A DNA stretch of 64,000 bases from an uncultured delta proteobacterium (GTDB taxonomy: Bacteria; Desulfobacterota; Binatia; UBA9968). Each line of letters begins with the position of its first letter. Positions within the stretch are counted from its first letter, which is position 1. The position numbers were made by a program, and so were the translations under genes. The stretch covers positions 386,045-450,044 of the forward strand of contig CAVUVW010000021.1 of NCBI GenBank assembly GCA_963745035.1, given 5' to 3'. Under the pieces are notes generated by a model that worked only from the letters and a program-made list of their open reading frames with translations, was not told where the DNA came from and searched no databases. Below, piece after piece: positions 1-9,571 of the stretch.

Positions 1-444
1 TCATCGACCCTTTGCCTGCCGCAAATCATTGCTCCCGAGGGGGTGTTGACCAAGCGCGCGCCTCGTTCCGAGGAATGGGACGATATCAAGCTCGGCTTTC
101 GAACCGCCAAGGAGGTCGGCCGGCTCGGCATCGGCCAAACCGTGGCCGTGAAGCGCCAGGTGGTCTTGGCGGTGGAAGCTGTGGAAGGCACGGATGCGAC
201 GATTCTGCGCGCCGGCGCCCTCGGAAAATCAGGGTGCGTCGTGGTGAAGGTGAGCAAGCCGCAGCAGGATCTTCGTTTCGACGTTCCCGCCGTCGGCGTC
301 GAGACCATCGAGCGGCTGCACGCAATCGCCGCCGCCGCGCTGGCCGTCGAAGCCGGCAAGACGATCTTGTTGGAAAAAGAGACCTTGCTGCGCCTGGCCG
401 ACGCCCACGGCATCGCCGTGGTCGGCGTGGGTGGGCGGGAGTAA
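1..444 (+). CDS. lpxI: UDP-2,3-diacylglucosamine diphosphatase LpxI, C-terminal part (5' truncated by window edge)
   Basis: Frame open from base 1 (SSTLCLPQIIAPEGVLTKRAP...). Motifs IGQTVAV, AVEAVEGTD, KPQQDLRFDVPAVG. Lies upstream of lpxB. Confidence 0.9.
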   Translation, partial: SSTLCLPQIIAPEGVLTKRAPRSEEWDDIKLGFRTAKEVGRLGIGQTVAVKRQVVLAVEAVEGTDATILRAGALGKSGCVVVKVSKPQQDLRFDVPAVGVETIERLHAIAAAALAVEAGKTILLEKETLLRLADAHGIAVVGVGGRE

Positions 445-451
445 GCGGACC

Positions 452-1378
452 ATGTCGCAAAAGATAAGTACGGCCGTGGTCGGCGTCGGCTATCTTGGCA
501 AGTTTCACGCCGAGAAGTATGCCGCTTCGCCCAAGGCGGAGCTCGTCGCCGTGGTCGACATCGATGAAAAGCGCGCGCACGAGATCGGCGCGCCCCTCGG
601 CGCCGAGGTGCTCACCGATTGCACAGGGCTCGCCGGCCGGGTGCAGTGCGCCAGCGTGGCAGTGCCGACGCGCTTTCATTACCAGGTGGCGCGCGCGCTC
701 ATCGACGCCGGCATCGACGTGCTGGTAGAAAAGCCGCTGACCGCGGACATCGCGCAAGCGCGCGAGCTGGTCGAGGCGGCGCAGAGCAAGGGTGTAATTT
801 TGCAGGTCGGACACCTGGAGCGATTCAACCCGGCGATCCGCCGGCTCGAGGGGGTGATCCGCGAGCCCAAGTTCGTCGAATGCCACCGGCTGGCGCCGTT
901 CGTCGAGCGCGGCACCGACGTCGACGTGGTGCTCGATCTGATGATTCACGACATCGACGTGATCGCGAGCCTGGTACGCGCGCCGGTGGAACGGGTCGAA
1001 GCGGTGGGCGTGCCGGTGTTGACCGACAAGCCCGATATCGCCAACGCCAGGATCAAATTCGCCAACGGCTGCATCGCCAACGTGACCTCGAGCCGGGTGT
1101 CGATCAAGCGCGAGCGCAAGATCCGCTTCTTCCAGCCCGACGCGTATATTTCCATCGACTATGATCAGCGGCGTGCGCAAATTTACCACAAGCCGGCTCC
1201 CGGCGCCGGTTGGCTCGACATCCGCGCCGAGAACATCGAGATCAAAGACGGCGACGCGCTGGCGGACGAGATCGAATCGTTTCTCGATTGCGTAGGGTCG
1301 CGCGCGCTGCCGCTGGTCGGCGGCGCCGAGGGGCTGCGCGCTTTAGAGATCGCTTCGCGGATCAGCGCGCAGCTTTGA
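452..1378 (+). CDS. Gfo/Idh/MocA oxidoreductase, GnnA-like (UDP-GlcNAc 3-dehydrogenase)
   Basis: GVGYLG Rossmann motif, EKP, GHLERFNPA, DLMIHDID. Lies between lpxI and lpxB. Confidence 0.85.
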   Translation: MSQKISTAVVGVGYLGKFHAEKYAASPKAELVAVVDIDEKRAHEIGAPLGAEVLTDCTGLAGRVQCASVAVPTRFHYQVARALIDAGIDVLVEKPLTADIAQARELVEAAQSKGVILQVGHLERFNPAIRRLEGVIREPKFVECHRLAPFVERGTDVDVVLDLMIHDIDVIASLVRAPVERVEAVGVPVLTDKPDIANARIKFANGCIANVTSSRVSIKRERKIRFFQPDAYISIDYDQRRAQIYHKPAPGAGWLDIRAENIEIKDGDALADEIESFLDCVGSRALPLVGGAEGLRALEIASRISAQL

Positions 1379-1397
1379 CGGCGCGAGTCTCTCTATC

Positions 1398-2537
1398 GTG
1401 GCGCGCGCGCAAAAAGAAATTCTGCTGGTGGTCGGCGAGGCATCGGGCGACGCCCACGGCGCACAACTGGTCGAAACGCTGCACCAACGCGATCCGGCAT
1501 TGAAGATCTATGGAGTCGCCGGTGAGCAGTTGCAGCGCACCCGCTTCGAGGCGCTCTTCAGCGTCGCCAAGCTGACTGGTATGGGGCTGGTGGAATTGTT
1601 CGGCAATGTCGGCAATCTCTGGCGCGCCTACACGCTGCTTAAGCGCGCCCTCAAAGAGCGCCGGCCAAATCTTTTGGTGTTGATTGATTTTCCAGATTTC
1701 AATCTTCGTCTCGCCAAGCTGGCCAAATCTCTGCGCATCCCCGTGCTTTACTACGTCAGCCCGCAGATCTGGGCGTGGCGCAAAGGACGCATACGGCAGA
1801 TCGCCCGTTGGGTCGATCACATGGCGGTGATATTTCCTTTTGAAGCGCCGTTCTATGCGCGCCACGGAGTGCGGGCCACTTTTGTTGGACACCCGCTGCT
1901 CGAGTCGGTGCATGCCAATACCGACCGGACCGCGACCCTGACCAAAATGGGTCTCGACCCCGCGAAATTGGCCATTGCGCTACTGCCGGGCAGCCGCCAT
2001 GGTGAAGTGAGCCGGCATGCGCCAATTATGCGCGACGCCGCCGCGCTGCTCGCACGCGACAGGGATGTCCAGTTTTTTTGCGTGTGCGCAAACACTATCG
2101 ATGCCGCGGCGGTGTCGGCGAGCCTCAGTCAAGCTTCGTTGCGCATTCCGGTGATTGAAGAAAACCGTTACGACGCCATTCACGCCGCTGATTTGGTTTG
2201 GGCTGCTTCCGGCACCGTGACTTTGGAAACCGCGCTGCTGGGCCGGCCGATGATTATTGTTTACCGGGTGTCTTGGTTGACGTTTCTTGTTGCCCGCATG
2301 CTCGTGCGCGTCGAGCACGTTGGCATGGTGAATCTAATTGCCGGCGAGCGGCTGGTGCCCGAATTACTTCAAAACGACGCTAGTCCCGAGCGCATCGCGG
2401 CGGAGAGCCGCGCACTGCTCGATGATGCGCCGGCGCGCGCTGCCCTCGCCGCCAAGTTGGCAGGGTTGCGCGAGCGCCTCGGCGGCCCGGGAGCGGCCGA
2501 GCGCGTGGCCGATCTGGCGCTGGCGATGATCGCTTAA
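1398..2537 (+). CDS. lpxB: Lipid-A-disaccharide synthase
   Basis: GEASGD, IDFPDFN, YVSPQIWAWR, FVGHPL, LLPGSR, ASGTVTLE. Confidence 0.97.
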   Translation: MARAQKEILLVVGEASGDAHGAQLVETLHQRDPALKIYGVAGEQLQRTRFEALFSVAKLTGMGLVELFGNVGNLWRAYTLLKRALKERRPNLLVLIDFPDFNLRLAKLAKSLRIPVLYYVSPQIWAWRKGRIRQIARWVDHMAVIFPFEAPFYARHGVRATFVGHPLLESVHANTDRTATLTKMGLDPAKLAIALLPGSRHGEVSRHAPIMRDAAALLARDRDVQFFCVCANTIDAAAVSASLSQASLRIPVIEENRYDAIHAADLVWAASGTVTLETALLGRPMIIVYRVSWLTFLVARMLVRVEHVGMVNLIAGERLVPELLQNDASPERIAAESRALLDDAPARAALAAKLAGLRERLGGPGAAERVADLALAMIA

Positions 2538-2550
2538 GAAATAAGTCCGC

Positions 2551-4305
2551 ATGAAAACCTACGCCCGGCTGCTCACGTTTCTCAAGCCCTATCTGTGGCC
2601 CTACTTCAGCGTCGCCATGGCCTGCATGATCGGTTTCGGCGCCACCGACGGCGTCATGCCGTTTTTGGTGCAGCGCATCATCGACGACGTGTTTACGAGG
2701 AAGGACGAGATCGCGCTCACCTATCTGCCCGTCATCATTGTGGGAATCTTCGCGTTCCGCGGCTTGATGAATTTCGGGCAGAGTTATTTGAACGACTACG
2801 TCGGCCTGCGCATCATCAACGACGTGCGCAACACGCTCAACCGCCATTTTCAATCGCTTTCGGTGTCCTTTTTTTACAGGCACCCCACGGGCACCTTGAT
2901 CGCCCGGGTCAACAGCGACGTGCAGCTTCTGCGCTTCGCGATCACCGACGCGCTCGCTTCCTTCATGAAGGACTCGGTCTCGTTGATCGCGCTGGTCGTG
3001 GTGGCGTTCATGAAGGATTGGGTGCTGGCATCGCTGTCTTTCGTCGTCTTTCCCGCTGCGGTGCTGCCGATTATCCGGCTCAGCCGCAAGATCAAGCGTT
3101 TTACCCGGCGCGGCCAGGTCAGCACGGGGGCCTTGACCGCGCGCTTGCAGGAGAGCATTCAAGGCAACCGCATCGTGAAAGCCTTCGGCATGGAAAAATA
3201 CGAAGATGAAAAATTCCAGCGCGAGAACTGGCGGTTGTTCAAGCAATCGCTGCGCGCCAGTCGGGTCAAGGCCATCATCGCTCCCGCGATGGAATTGCTC
3301 GCCTCGTTCGGCATCGGCTCGGTGGTTTGGTGGGGCGGCTGGAGCGTGATCGGCGGCGGACGCACCCAGGGGGAATTTTTTGCGTTCATGACAGCGATGT
3401 TCTTGATGTACGGTCCCTTCAAGGGCCTGGCTCGCACCTACGCCGCGGTCCATCAAGGACTGGCCGGAGCGGAGCGAGTATTCGAGATGCTCGATGAAAC
3501 GCCGGAGATTGCCGACAAGCCGGGTGCCCGGACCGCCCGCCCGTTTACCAAAAGCATTGAGTTTCATAACGTCACCTTTGCCTACAAGGACGCGCCGGTG
3601 CTGAGAAACATCGAGCTGACCATCGACGCCGGGCAAATGGTTGCCCTGGTCGGGATGAGCGGGGTCGGCAAGAGCACGTTGGCGGATCTCATCCCGCGTT
3701 TTTACGACGTGCGCGGTGGCCGGGTCACTATCGACGGCACCGACGTGCGCGATCTGACGGTGGAGTCGCTGCGCGCCCAGATCGGCATCGTGAGCCAGCA
3801 TACGTTTCTGTTCAACGATTCGATCCGCAACAACATCGCCTACGGCGAGCCCGGGCGCAGCATGGAGGACGTGGTGGCCGCCGCCGAAGCCGCAAACGCC
3901 CACGAATTCATCGCAGCTCTGCCGGACGGATACGATGCGGTGATCGGCGAGATGGGCATGCAGCTCTCGGGCGGCCAGCGCCAGCGTCTGGCGATCGCGC
4001 GCGCGCTGCTCAAAAACGCGCCGATTTTAATCCTCGACGAAGCGACCTCGTCGCTCGACGCGGAGTCCGAACGCCTGGTTCAAGGCGCGCTGGAAAATCT
4101 CATTACCGCGCGCACCACCATCGTCATCGCGCACCGGCTATCGACGATCCGCAAAGCGGACCGGATCGTGGTGATCGTCGACGGCGCCATCGCCGAACAG
4201 GGCACCCATGAGGAACTGCTGCGCAAGAACGGCGAGTACAGCCGTCTTTACGCGATGCAGGCGCTGGAGGAGAGCGGCGTCGAAGAGCGTGAGGCGGTGC
4301 ATTGA
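2551..4305 (+). CDS. msbA: Lipid A export ABC transporter (permease + ATPase)
   Basis: N-terminal TM domain. Walker A GMSGVGKS, LSGGQRQR, ILDEATS. lpxB-msbA-waaA-lpxK context. Confidence 0.92.
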   Translation: MKTYARLLTFLKPYLWPYFSVAMACMIGFGATDGVMPFLVQRIIDDVFTRKDEIALTYLPVIIVGIFAFRGLMNFGQSYLNDYVGLRIINDVRNTLNRHFQSLSVSFFYRHPTGTLIARVNSDVQLLRFAITDALASFMKDSVSLIALVVVAFMKDWVLASLSFVVFPAAVLPIIRLSRKIKRFTRRGQVSTGALTARLQESIQGNRIVKAFGMEKYEDEKFQRENWRLFKQSLRASRVKAIIAPAMELLASFGIGSVVWWGGWSVIGGGRTQGEFFAFMTAMFLMYGPFKGLARTYAAVHQGLAGAERVFEMLDETPEIADKPGARTARPFTKSIEFHNVTFAYKDAPVLRNIELTIDAGQMVALVGMSGVGKSTLADLIPRFYDVRGGRVTIDGTDVRDLTVESLRAQIGIVSQHTFLFNDSIRNNIAYGEPGRSMEDVVAAAEAANAHEFIAALPDGYDAVIGEMGMQLSGGQRQRLAIARALLKNAPILILDEATSSLDAESERLVQGALENLITARTTIVIAHRLSTIRKADRIVVIVDGAIAEQGTHEELLRKNGEYSRLYAMQALEESGVEEREAVH

Positions 4306-4320
4306 GCTTCGACTGCGTCC

Positions 4321-5616
4321 GTGTGGTACTTGCTCTATAACGTCGCGTTGACGGCGGCCTTGGTGGCGGCGCTGCCCTTACTGCCGTTGGCGGTTCTGTT
4401 CGGCGCGCGCTACCGCGAAGGGCTCGCCCAGCGTCTCGGCTTTTATCCCAAAGCGGTTGGCCAAAGTCTGGCCGCGGCGCGGCCGCTGTGGATCCACGCC
4501 GCTTCGGTCGGCGAGGTGCGCTCGGCGGAGCCGTTGGTGCGTGAGCTCAAGAGGCGCGCCCCCGAGCAAAAACTGCTGCTTTCTACGTTCACCGCCACGG
4601 GCAATCGCATCGCCCGGCAAATGCCGGGCGTCGACGCCGCCGTCTACTTGCCCCTGGATCTCCCCTGGGTTGTGCGGCGGGCGCTGCGCGCGTTCGATCC
4701 CGCTATGCTGGTGATCATCGAAACGGAAATTTGGCCGAACCTCCTGCGTGGCGCGTCTCGGCGCGGCATCCCGATCGTGCTTTTGAGCGGCCGATTGTCG
4801 GAGCGGGCGCTGGCGCGCTATGCGATGTTCCGCGCCTTTTTTCGCCGCGTGATGGATTTTTTTACCGCTCTTGGCATGCAGTCCGCCGGTGACGCGGCGC
4901 GCATCGCCAAGCTCGGCGCCGCCGAGCGGAAAATCTCGGTGACCGGCAGCCTCAAGTTTGCCGAGCCTTCCGATAACGGCCGGCGCGGCTTCGCCGCGGC
5001 CAAAGATCCGGCACGCCGTGTGCTCGTGGCCGGCAGCTCCCATCGCGGTGAAGAGGAAATCGTGCTGCGGGCGTTCGGCTTGACGCGCGCCCGCTTTCCC
5101 GAGCTCGCGCTGGTTTTGGCGCCGCGCCATCCGGAGCGTTTCGCCGAGGTCGAAAAGCTGCTTTCTCGCAGTCCGTTCGCATTCCAGCGCAAGAGCCGGC
5201 TCGGGGCCGAGCAATATTTCAGCCGGGATGTCTTGCTGCTCGACACCGTCGGCGACTTGCCGGAGTTTTTCGCGGCCGGAGATATCGCCTTTGTCGGCGG
5301 CAGCCTGGTGGCCGGCGGCGGGCACAATATCTTGGAGCCGGCGCGCTTAGAAAAACCGATTTTGTTCGGCCCGCACATGGCCAATTTCCAAAGCATCGCC
5401 GAGAATATGAAGCGCAGCGGCGCGGCCATCGAAGTGCGCGATGCCGAAGAGCTCGCGCGCGCACTCATGGGCTTACTAAGCGATGCGGCAGAGCGCCGGC
5501 GCATGGGCGAGCGCGCCGCTCAGGTGGCGCGCGCCAACGGCGACGCCCTCGCGCTCAACGTCGCTTTGGCCCAACGATATTTGCAAGACGGCGCCGGTTC
5601 GCAGTTCGATCGATAA
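4321..5616 (+). CDS. waaA: 3-deoxy-D-manno-octulosonic acid (Kdo) transferase
   Basis: WIHAASVGE, ETEIWPN, APRHPERF, FVGGSL, GGHNILEPA. Confidence 0.97.
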   Translation: MWYLLYNVALTAALVAALPLLPLAVLFGARYREGLAQRLGFYPKAVGQSLAAARPLWIHAASVGEVRSAEPLVRELKRRAPEQKLLLSTFTATGNRIARQMPGVDAAVYLPLDLPWVVRRALRAFDPAMLVIIETEIWPNLLRGASRRGIPIVLLSGRLSERALARYAMFRAFFRRVMDFFTALGMQSAGDAARIAKLGAAERKISVTGSLKFAEPSDNGRRGFAAAKDPARRVLVAGSSHRGEEEIVLRAFGLTRARFPELALVLAPRHPERFAEVEKLLSRSPFAFQRKSRLGAEQYFSRDVLLLDTVGDLPEFFAAGDIAFVGGSLVAGGGHNILEPARLEKPILFGPHMANFQSIAENMKRSGAAIEVRDAEELARALMGLLSDAAERRRMGERAAQVARANGDALALNVALAQRYLQDGAGSQFDR

Positions 5617-5618
5617 CC

Positions 5619-6701
5619 ATGAGGGATGTTTGGGCGCGGAGGGTGTGGGAGCGACGCGGCATCTACGGCAAATTCCTATGGTCGTTTTCGCTGCCGCTCG
5701 CGCTCCTTTACCGTTGCGGCGCGCAGCTCCGCAACACGCTCTTTCGTCTGGGTTGGCTCAATGTGGCGCAATTGCCGCGGCCGGTCATCAGCATCGGCAA
5801 CCTCACCGTCGGCGGCACGGGCAAGACGCCGACGTGCCTGTGGCTCGCACGCGAGTTGCAGGAGCGCGGCTTCAAGGTCGGCATCCTGAGCCGCGGCTAT
5901 CGCCGGCGCGGGCGGCGCGCGCTGGCGCTGGCGCCGAAAAGCGATGGCTCGGACGGACTGAAAAACCACGACGTATTTCAGTCGGGTGATGAACCGCTCA
6001 TGATGGCACGTCTTTACGGCCAAAACGTCGGGATCGGCAAAAACCGCGGCGAGGCGGCGGCACGATTGCTGGGCACGACGGCGGTGGACGTATTCATCCT
6101 CGACGACGGTTTTCAACACCGCTGGATCAAGCGCGACGTCGATCTCTTGCTCCTGGGCGCGGAAACGTCGGGCTGGATGCTGCCGGCGGGTCCGTTTCGC
6201 GAGCCGCGAAAAAATCTTCGGCGCGCCGACTTCCTGCTCGTGACCGCGGCGCGCGACGCATGGACCAAGATCGTGCCGCAGAAGCGCAGCGCGGCGCTGT
6301 ACGCTGGCTCCCTCTGCCCGCTTGCGCTGATCGGTTTGAGCTCGGGCGGCTTGAAAGAATTTCCTTTGACATTGCTTTGCCGAAGCAAGATTCTGACGGT
6401 GACGGGAGTCGCCGATCCCCGCGGTCTATACCGGTTGATCCACGAATGGGAAGGCGAGATCGTCAATACGCTGGAGTTCGCGGATCATCATTTTTACAGC
6501 ACGGCTGACTGGCAGGAAATCAACCGGCTGGCACGGAGTGTAGATTTGATCATCACGACCGAGAAGGATATTCTGAAGCTGCAGCGCTTTCCCTTCGCCA
6601 AAGACAAGTTGCTGGCGCTGCGGGTGGCGATGACGGTGGAGGAGGGCGCGGCGCTGGTCGCGGCCATCGTCCAAAGGATTCAGCCCGGCGGTCGCGCTTG
6701 A
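5619..6701 (+). CDS. lpxK: Tetraacyldisaccharide 4'-kinase
   Basis: ISIGNLTVGGTGKTP, LSRGY, GDEP, LDDGFQH, PAGPFRE, TTEKD. Confidence 0.97.
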   Translation: MRDVWARRVWERRGIYGKFLWSFSLPLALLYRCGAQLRNTLFRLGWLNVAQLPRPVISIGNLTVGGTGKTPTCLWLARELQERGFKVGILSRGYRRRGRRALALAPKSDGSDGLKNHDVFQSGDEPLMMARLYGQNVGIGKNRGEAAARLLGTTAVDVFILDDGFQHRWIKRDVDLLLLGAETSGWMLPAGPFREPRKNLRRADFLLVTAARDAWTKIVPQKRSAALYAGSLCPLALIGLSSGGLKEFPLTLLCRSKILTVTGVADPRGLYRLIHEWEGEIVNTLEFADHHFYSTADWQEINRLARSVDLIITTEKDILKLQRFPFAKDKLLALRVAMTVEEGAALVAAIVQRIQPGGRA

Positions 6702-7294
6702 TCAGTGATTTAAGACCAGGGGCGGCGGTGTTTCTTGATCGCGACGGCACGCTGATACGCGACGTGGGTTATTTGCGGCGCATCGATGATCTCGAAATTC
6801 TTCCCAAGGTTCCCGAAGCGCTGCGCCTCTTGCGCGCGCAAGGATTCAAGCTCGTGCTGGTGACTAACCAATCGGCGGTCGCCCGCGGCTGGCTCTCGGA
6901 AGAAGAGCTCGCCGCGATCCACGCTGCTCTCGCCGCGGCGCTGGCGCGCGGCGGCGCGCGGCTCGATGCGATCTACTACTGCCCGCATCATCCCGTGGAG
7001 GGGCAGGGCGCATACCGGTTGCACTGCGCCTGCCGCAAGCCCGATATCGGCATGATCGAGCGCGCTGCGGTGGAATTGGGAGTGGATCCGGCGGCTTCCT
7101 ACGTCGTCGGCGATCAGCAAACCGACGTCGAGCTTGCCCGCCGCGTCGGCGCCACCGCGCTCTTGATCGGCCGCAAGCCGCCGTCGATGGTCGAGGCGCG
7201 CGCGGGAGTGTTCGTTGGAGATCTTTGGCAGGCGGCGCGCTGGATCGTCGAGCATGCCCAACAGACCGGACAGGGCGAGGAGTCGCAGTCATGA
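6698..7294 (+). CDS. gmhB: D-glycero-D-manno-heptose 1,7-bisphosphate phosphatase (HAD)
   Basis: FLDRDGT, VTNQS, CPHHP, CRKP, VGD. Confidence 0.92.
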   Translation: MISDLRPGAAVFLDRDGTLIRDVGYLRRIDDLEILPKVPEALRLLRAQGFKLVLVTNQSAVARGWLSEEELAAIHAALAAALARGGARLDAIYYCPHHPVEGQGAYRLHCACRKPDIGMIERAAVELGVDPAASYVVGDQQTDVELARRVGATALLIGRKPPSMVEARAGVFVGDLWQAARWIVEHAQQTGQGEESQS

Positions 7295-8232
7295 AAACGT
7301 TGGTCACGGGAGCTGCCGGATTCATTGGCTCTCATCTCGCGGAAAAGCTGCTGGCCGAAGGGCGCGAAGTCGTCGGCGTCGATAGTTTTCTCGACAATTA
7401 TCCGCGCAGCTTCAAGGACAAAAATCTCGCCGCCTTCTCTGGCCACGCGAATTTCCAATTCGTCGGCGCGGATTTGCTGCGCCTGGATCTCAAGAATTTG
7501 CTGCGCGACGTTTCCCATGTGTTTCACCTTGCCGGCCAGCCGGGGGTGCGATCGAGCTGGGGCGGCGAGTTTAACCGATACACCGACAACAACATCATGG
7601 CGACGCAACTGTTGCTGGAGGCCGCGAAAGAGCGTCCGCTCGTCAAGTTTGTCTACGCCTCGACGTCCTCGGTTTACGGCGACACCGACGATCTGCCGAT
7701 GCGCGAGGACGGCGGCACGCGGCCGGTCTCGCCCTACGGCGCCAGTAAGCTTGCCGCCGAGCACCTGTGCCATCTCTACTGGCGCGCCTTTGCCGTACCC
7801 ACGGTGGCGCTGCGCTTCTTCACGGTTTACGGGCCGCGGCAGCGGCCCGACATGTTCTTTCATATTTTTATGCGCGCGCTGCGGCGCGGCGAGGAAGTGC
7901 CGCTCTACGACGACGGCGAGCAGACCCGGGATTTTACCTTTTGCGCCGATATCGTCGACGGCGTGCTCGCAGCGGGGCGCTATCCCGGGCAGGGCGAAGT
8001 TTTCAATTTGGGCGGCGGTTCGGAGGTGAGTCTGCTGCGCGCCATCGCCCTCGCCGAGGCCATCGCCGGGCGCAAGGGGCGGCTGCGCCGCTTCGACCGG
8101 CAAAAAGGCGACGTGCGCCACACCAGCGCGCGCCTCGACTGGGCCCGAGAAAAGCTCGGCTACGCGCCCAAGGTCGGCTTGGAGCAAGGCTTGGCCGAAC
8201 AATGGAAATGGCTCCGCGAGAGCGCGGACTGA
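7291..8232 (+). CDS. NAD-dependent nucleotide-sugar epimerase/dehydratase (UDP-glucuronate 4-epimerase-like)
   Basis: TGAAGFIGSH, QPGVR, SSVYG, YGASK, FTVYGPRQRPDM. ATG overlaps the gmhB stop. Confidence 0.88.
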   Translation: MKTLVTGAAGFIGSHLAEKLLAEGREVVGVDSFLDNYPRSFKDKNLAAFSGHANFQFVGADLLRLDLKNLLRDVSHVFHLAGQPGVRSSWGGEFNRYTDNNIMATQLLLEAAKERPLVKFVYASTSSVYGDTDDLPMREDGGTRPVSPYGASKLAAEHLCHLYWRAFAVPTVALRFFTVYGPRQRPDMFFHIFMRALRRGEEVPLYDDGEQTRDFTFCADIVDGVLAAGRYPGQGEVFNLGGGSEVSLLRAIALAEAIAGRKGRLRRFDRQKGDVRHTSARLDWAREKLGYAPKVGLEQGLAEQWKWLRESAD

Positions 8233-8470
8233 ACCCGGAATTTGCAGTTGAGTCCCGCGGCGCGCTATCTTCCGTCGTGAAGACAATGCTTACTGCCTCG
8301 GAGCGGATCGTGATCGGCGGTGATACGCGCAGCGGCATTGCGGAGAGATCGCCAAGGCACGATAAACTTTGCGGCCGCACACTTGAGTGTCTGCACGACT
8401 CCAGGATCGCGCCCTGCAACCTGAGTCAAGTACGACTGCGCAAGCTGGACTGAAGCGACGGAGGCAAGCC

Positions 8471-9331
8471 ATGCGGGAATACGTCGAAGAAGATGTCGGC
8501 AATATCGTCTCTCTGGAACATATCAACGTGCAGGTGCCCGATCAGCCGGCGGCGATCTTGTTTTACGTGGTCGGCATGGGGTTTACGCGCGATCCGTATC
8601 TCACGGTGGGGTTGAGCAACATGTGGATCAACGTGGGCGAGCAACAATTCCACTTGCCCACCCGCGAGGCGCAGGTGATCGACGGCCATATCGGCGTGGT
8701 GGTGCCGGATCTTGACGCGCTGGAACGCCGCCTCGAAGCGCTCGCGGACGGACTTAAGGGCACGCAGTTTTCTTTTGCGCGAAACTCGGACCACCTCGCG
8801 GTCACCTGCCCGTGGGGCAATCATTACCGCTGCCACGAGCCCCGGCCCGCGTTCGGCGATATGATGCTCGGCATCCCATACGTCGAGTTTTCGGTTAGAC
8901 CCGGCGCGGCGGCGGCGATCGTGGGCTTTTATCGGACGGCCTTCGGCGCGCCCGCGGACGTGGAGAGCGATGCCGACGGCTCGTTTGGACGAATCAAGAT
9001 CGGTCGCGCGCAAGCGCTCATCTTCCGCGAGACGGGAAAACCCATCGCGCCCTACGACGGCCACCATGTGGCGGTCTACGTGGCGAATTTTTCCGGTCCC
9101 TACGAGTATCTCAAGAGCCGCGGGCTAATCTCCGAAGACGTGCGCAATCATCAGTTCCGCTTCAAGGACATCGTCGATCCGGAAAGCGGCGAGAAGGCCT
9201 TCGCTCTCGAGCATGAAGTGCGCAGTTTGCGCCATCCCATGTACCATCGACCGTTTGTCAACCGCGATCCGGCGCAGTCCCAGCGCTCCTATCACCGCGG
9301 CTGGGATGCCTTTGTCCCGTTTCAGCGGTGA
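8471..9331 (+). CDS. Hypothetical protein with VOC/glyoxalase-like repeats
   Basis: SD GGAGG before ATG. LEHINVQVPD...FY..GMGF, QQFHLP, HIGVVVPDL, GHHVAVYV resemble VOC modules. Confidence 0.65.
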   Translation: MREYVEEDVGNIVSLEHINVQVPDQPAAILFYVVGMGFTRDPYLTVGLSNMWINVGEQQFHLPTREAQVIDGHIGVVVPDLDALERRLEALADGLKGTQFSFARNSDHLAVTCPWGNHYRCHEPRPAFGDMMLGIPYVEFSVRPGAAAAIVGFYRTAFGAPADVESDADGSFGRIKIGRAQALIFRETGKPIAPYDGHHVAVYVANFSGPYEYLKSRGLISEDVRNHQFRFKDIVDPESGEKAFALEHEVRSLRHPMYHRPFVNRDPAQSQRSYHRGWDAFVPFQR

Positions 9332-9394
9332 CGCGCTCTTTCCAGTGGCGCGCAACCATCGACGTTTGATCGAAGCTCTCAGGAGGAAATCGCC

Positions 9395-9562
9395 ATGGCG
9401 CTCAGCAAGGAACTTTTGGACATTCTCGCCTGTCCCAAATGCAAGGGCGATATCCATCTCAACCAGACGGAGGACGGACTCGTCTGCGACGCCTGCCGTC
9501 TGATGTATCCGATCAAAGACGATATCCCGGTGATGCTGATCGACGAGGCGGTCCGGCTTTAG
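9395..9562 (+). CDS. Trm112/YcaR family small protein (55 aa; missing from the ORF track)
   Basis: SD AGGAGG. Translates to MALSKELLDILACPKCKGDIHLNQTEDGLVCDACRLMYPIKDDIPVMLIDEAVRL*. Confidence 0.93.
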   Translation: MALSKELLDILACPKCKGDIHLNQTEDGLVCDACRLMYPIKDDIPVMLIDEAVRL

Positions 9563-9571
9563 AAAAGCGCC

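Noticed and set aside
8278-8453. Possible 58-aa ORF upstream of the VOC-like gene
   Set aside because: No SD, no recognisable motif, atypical codons.
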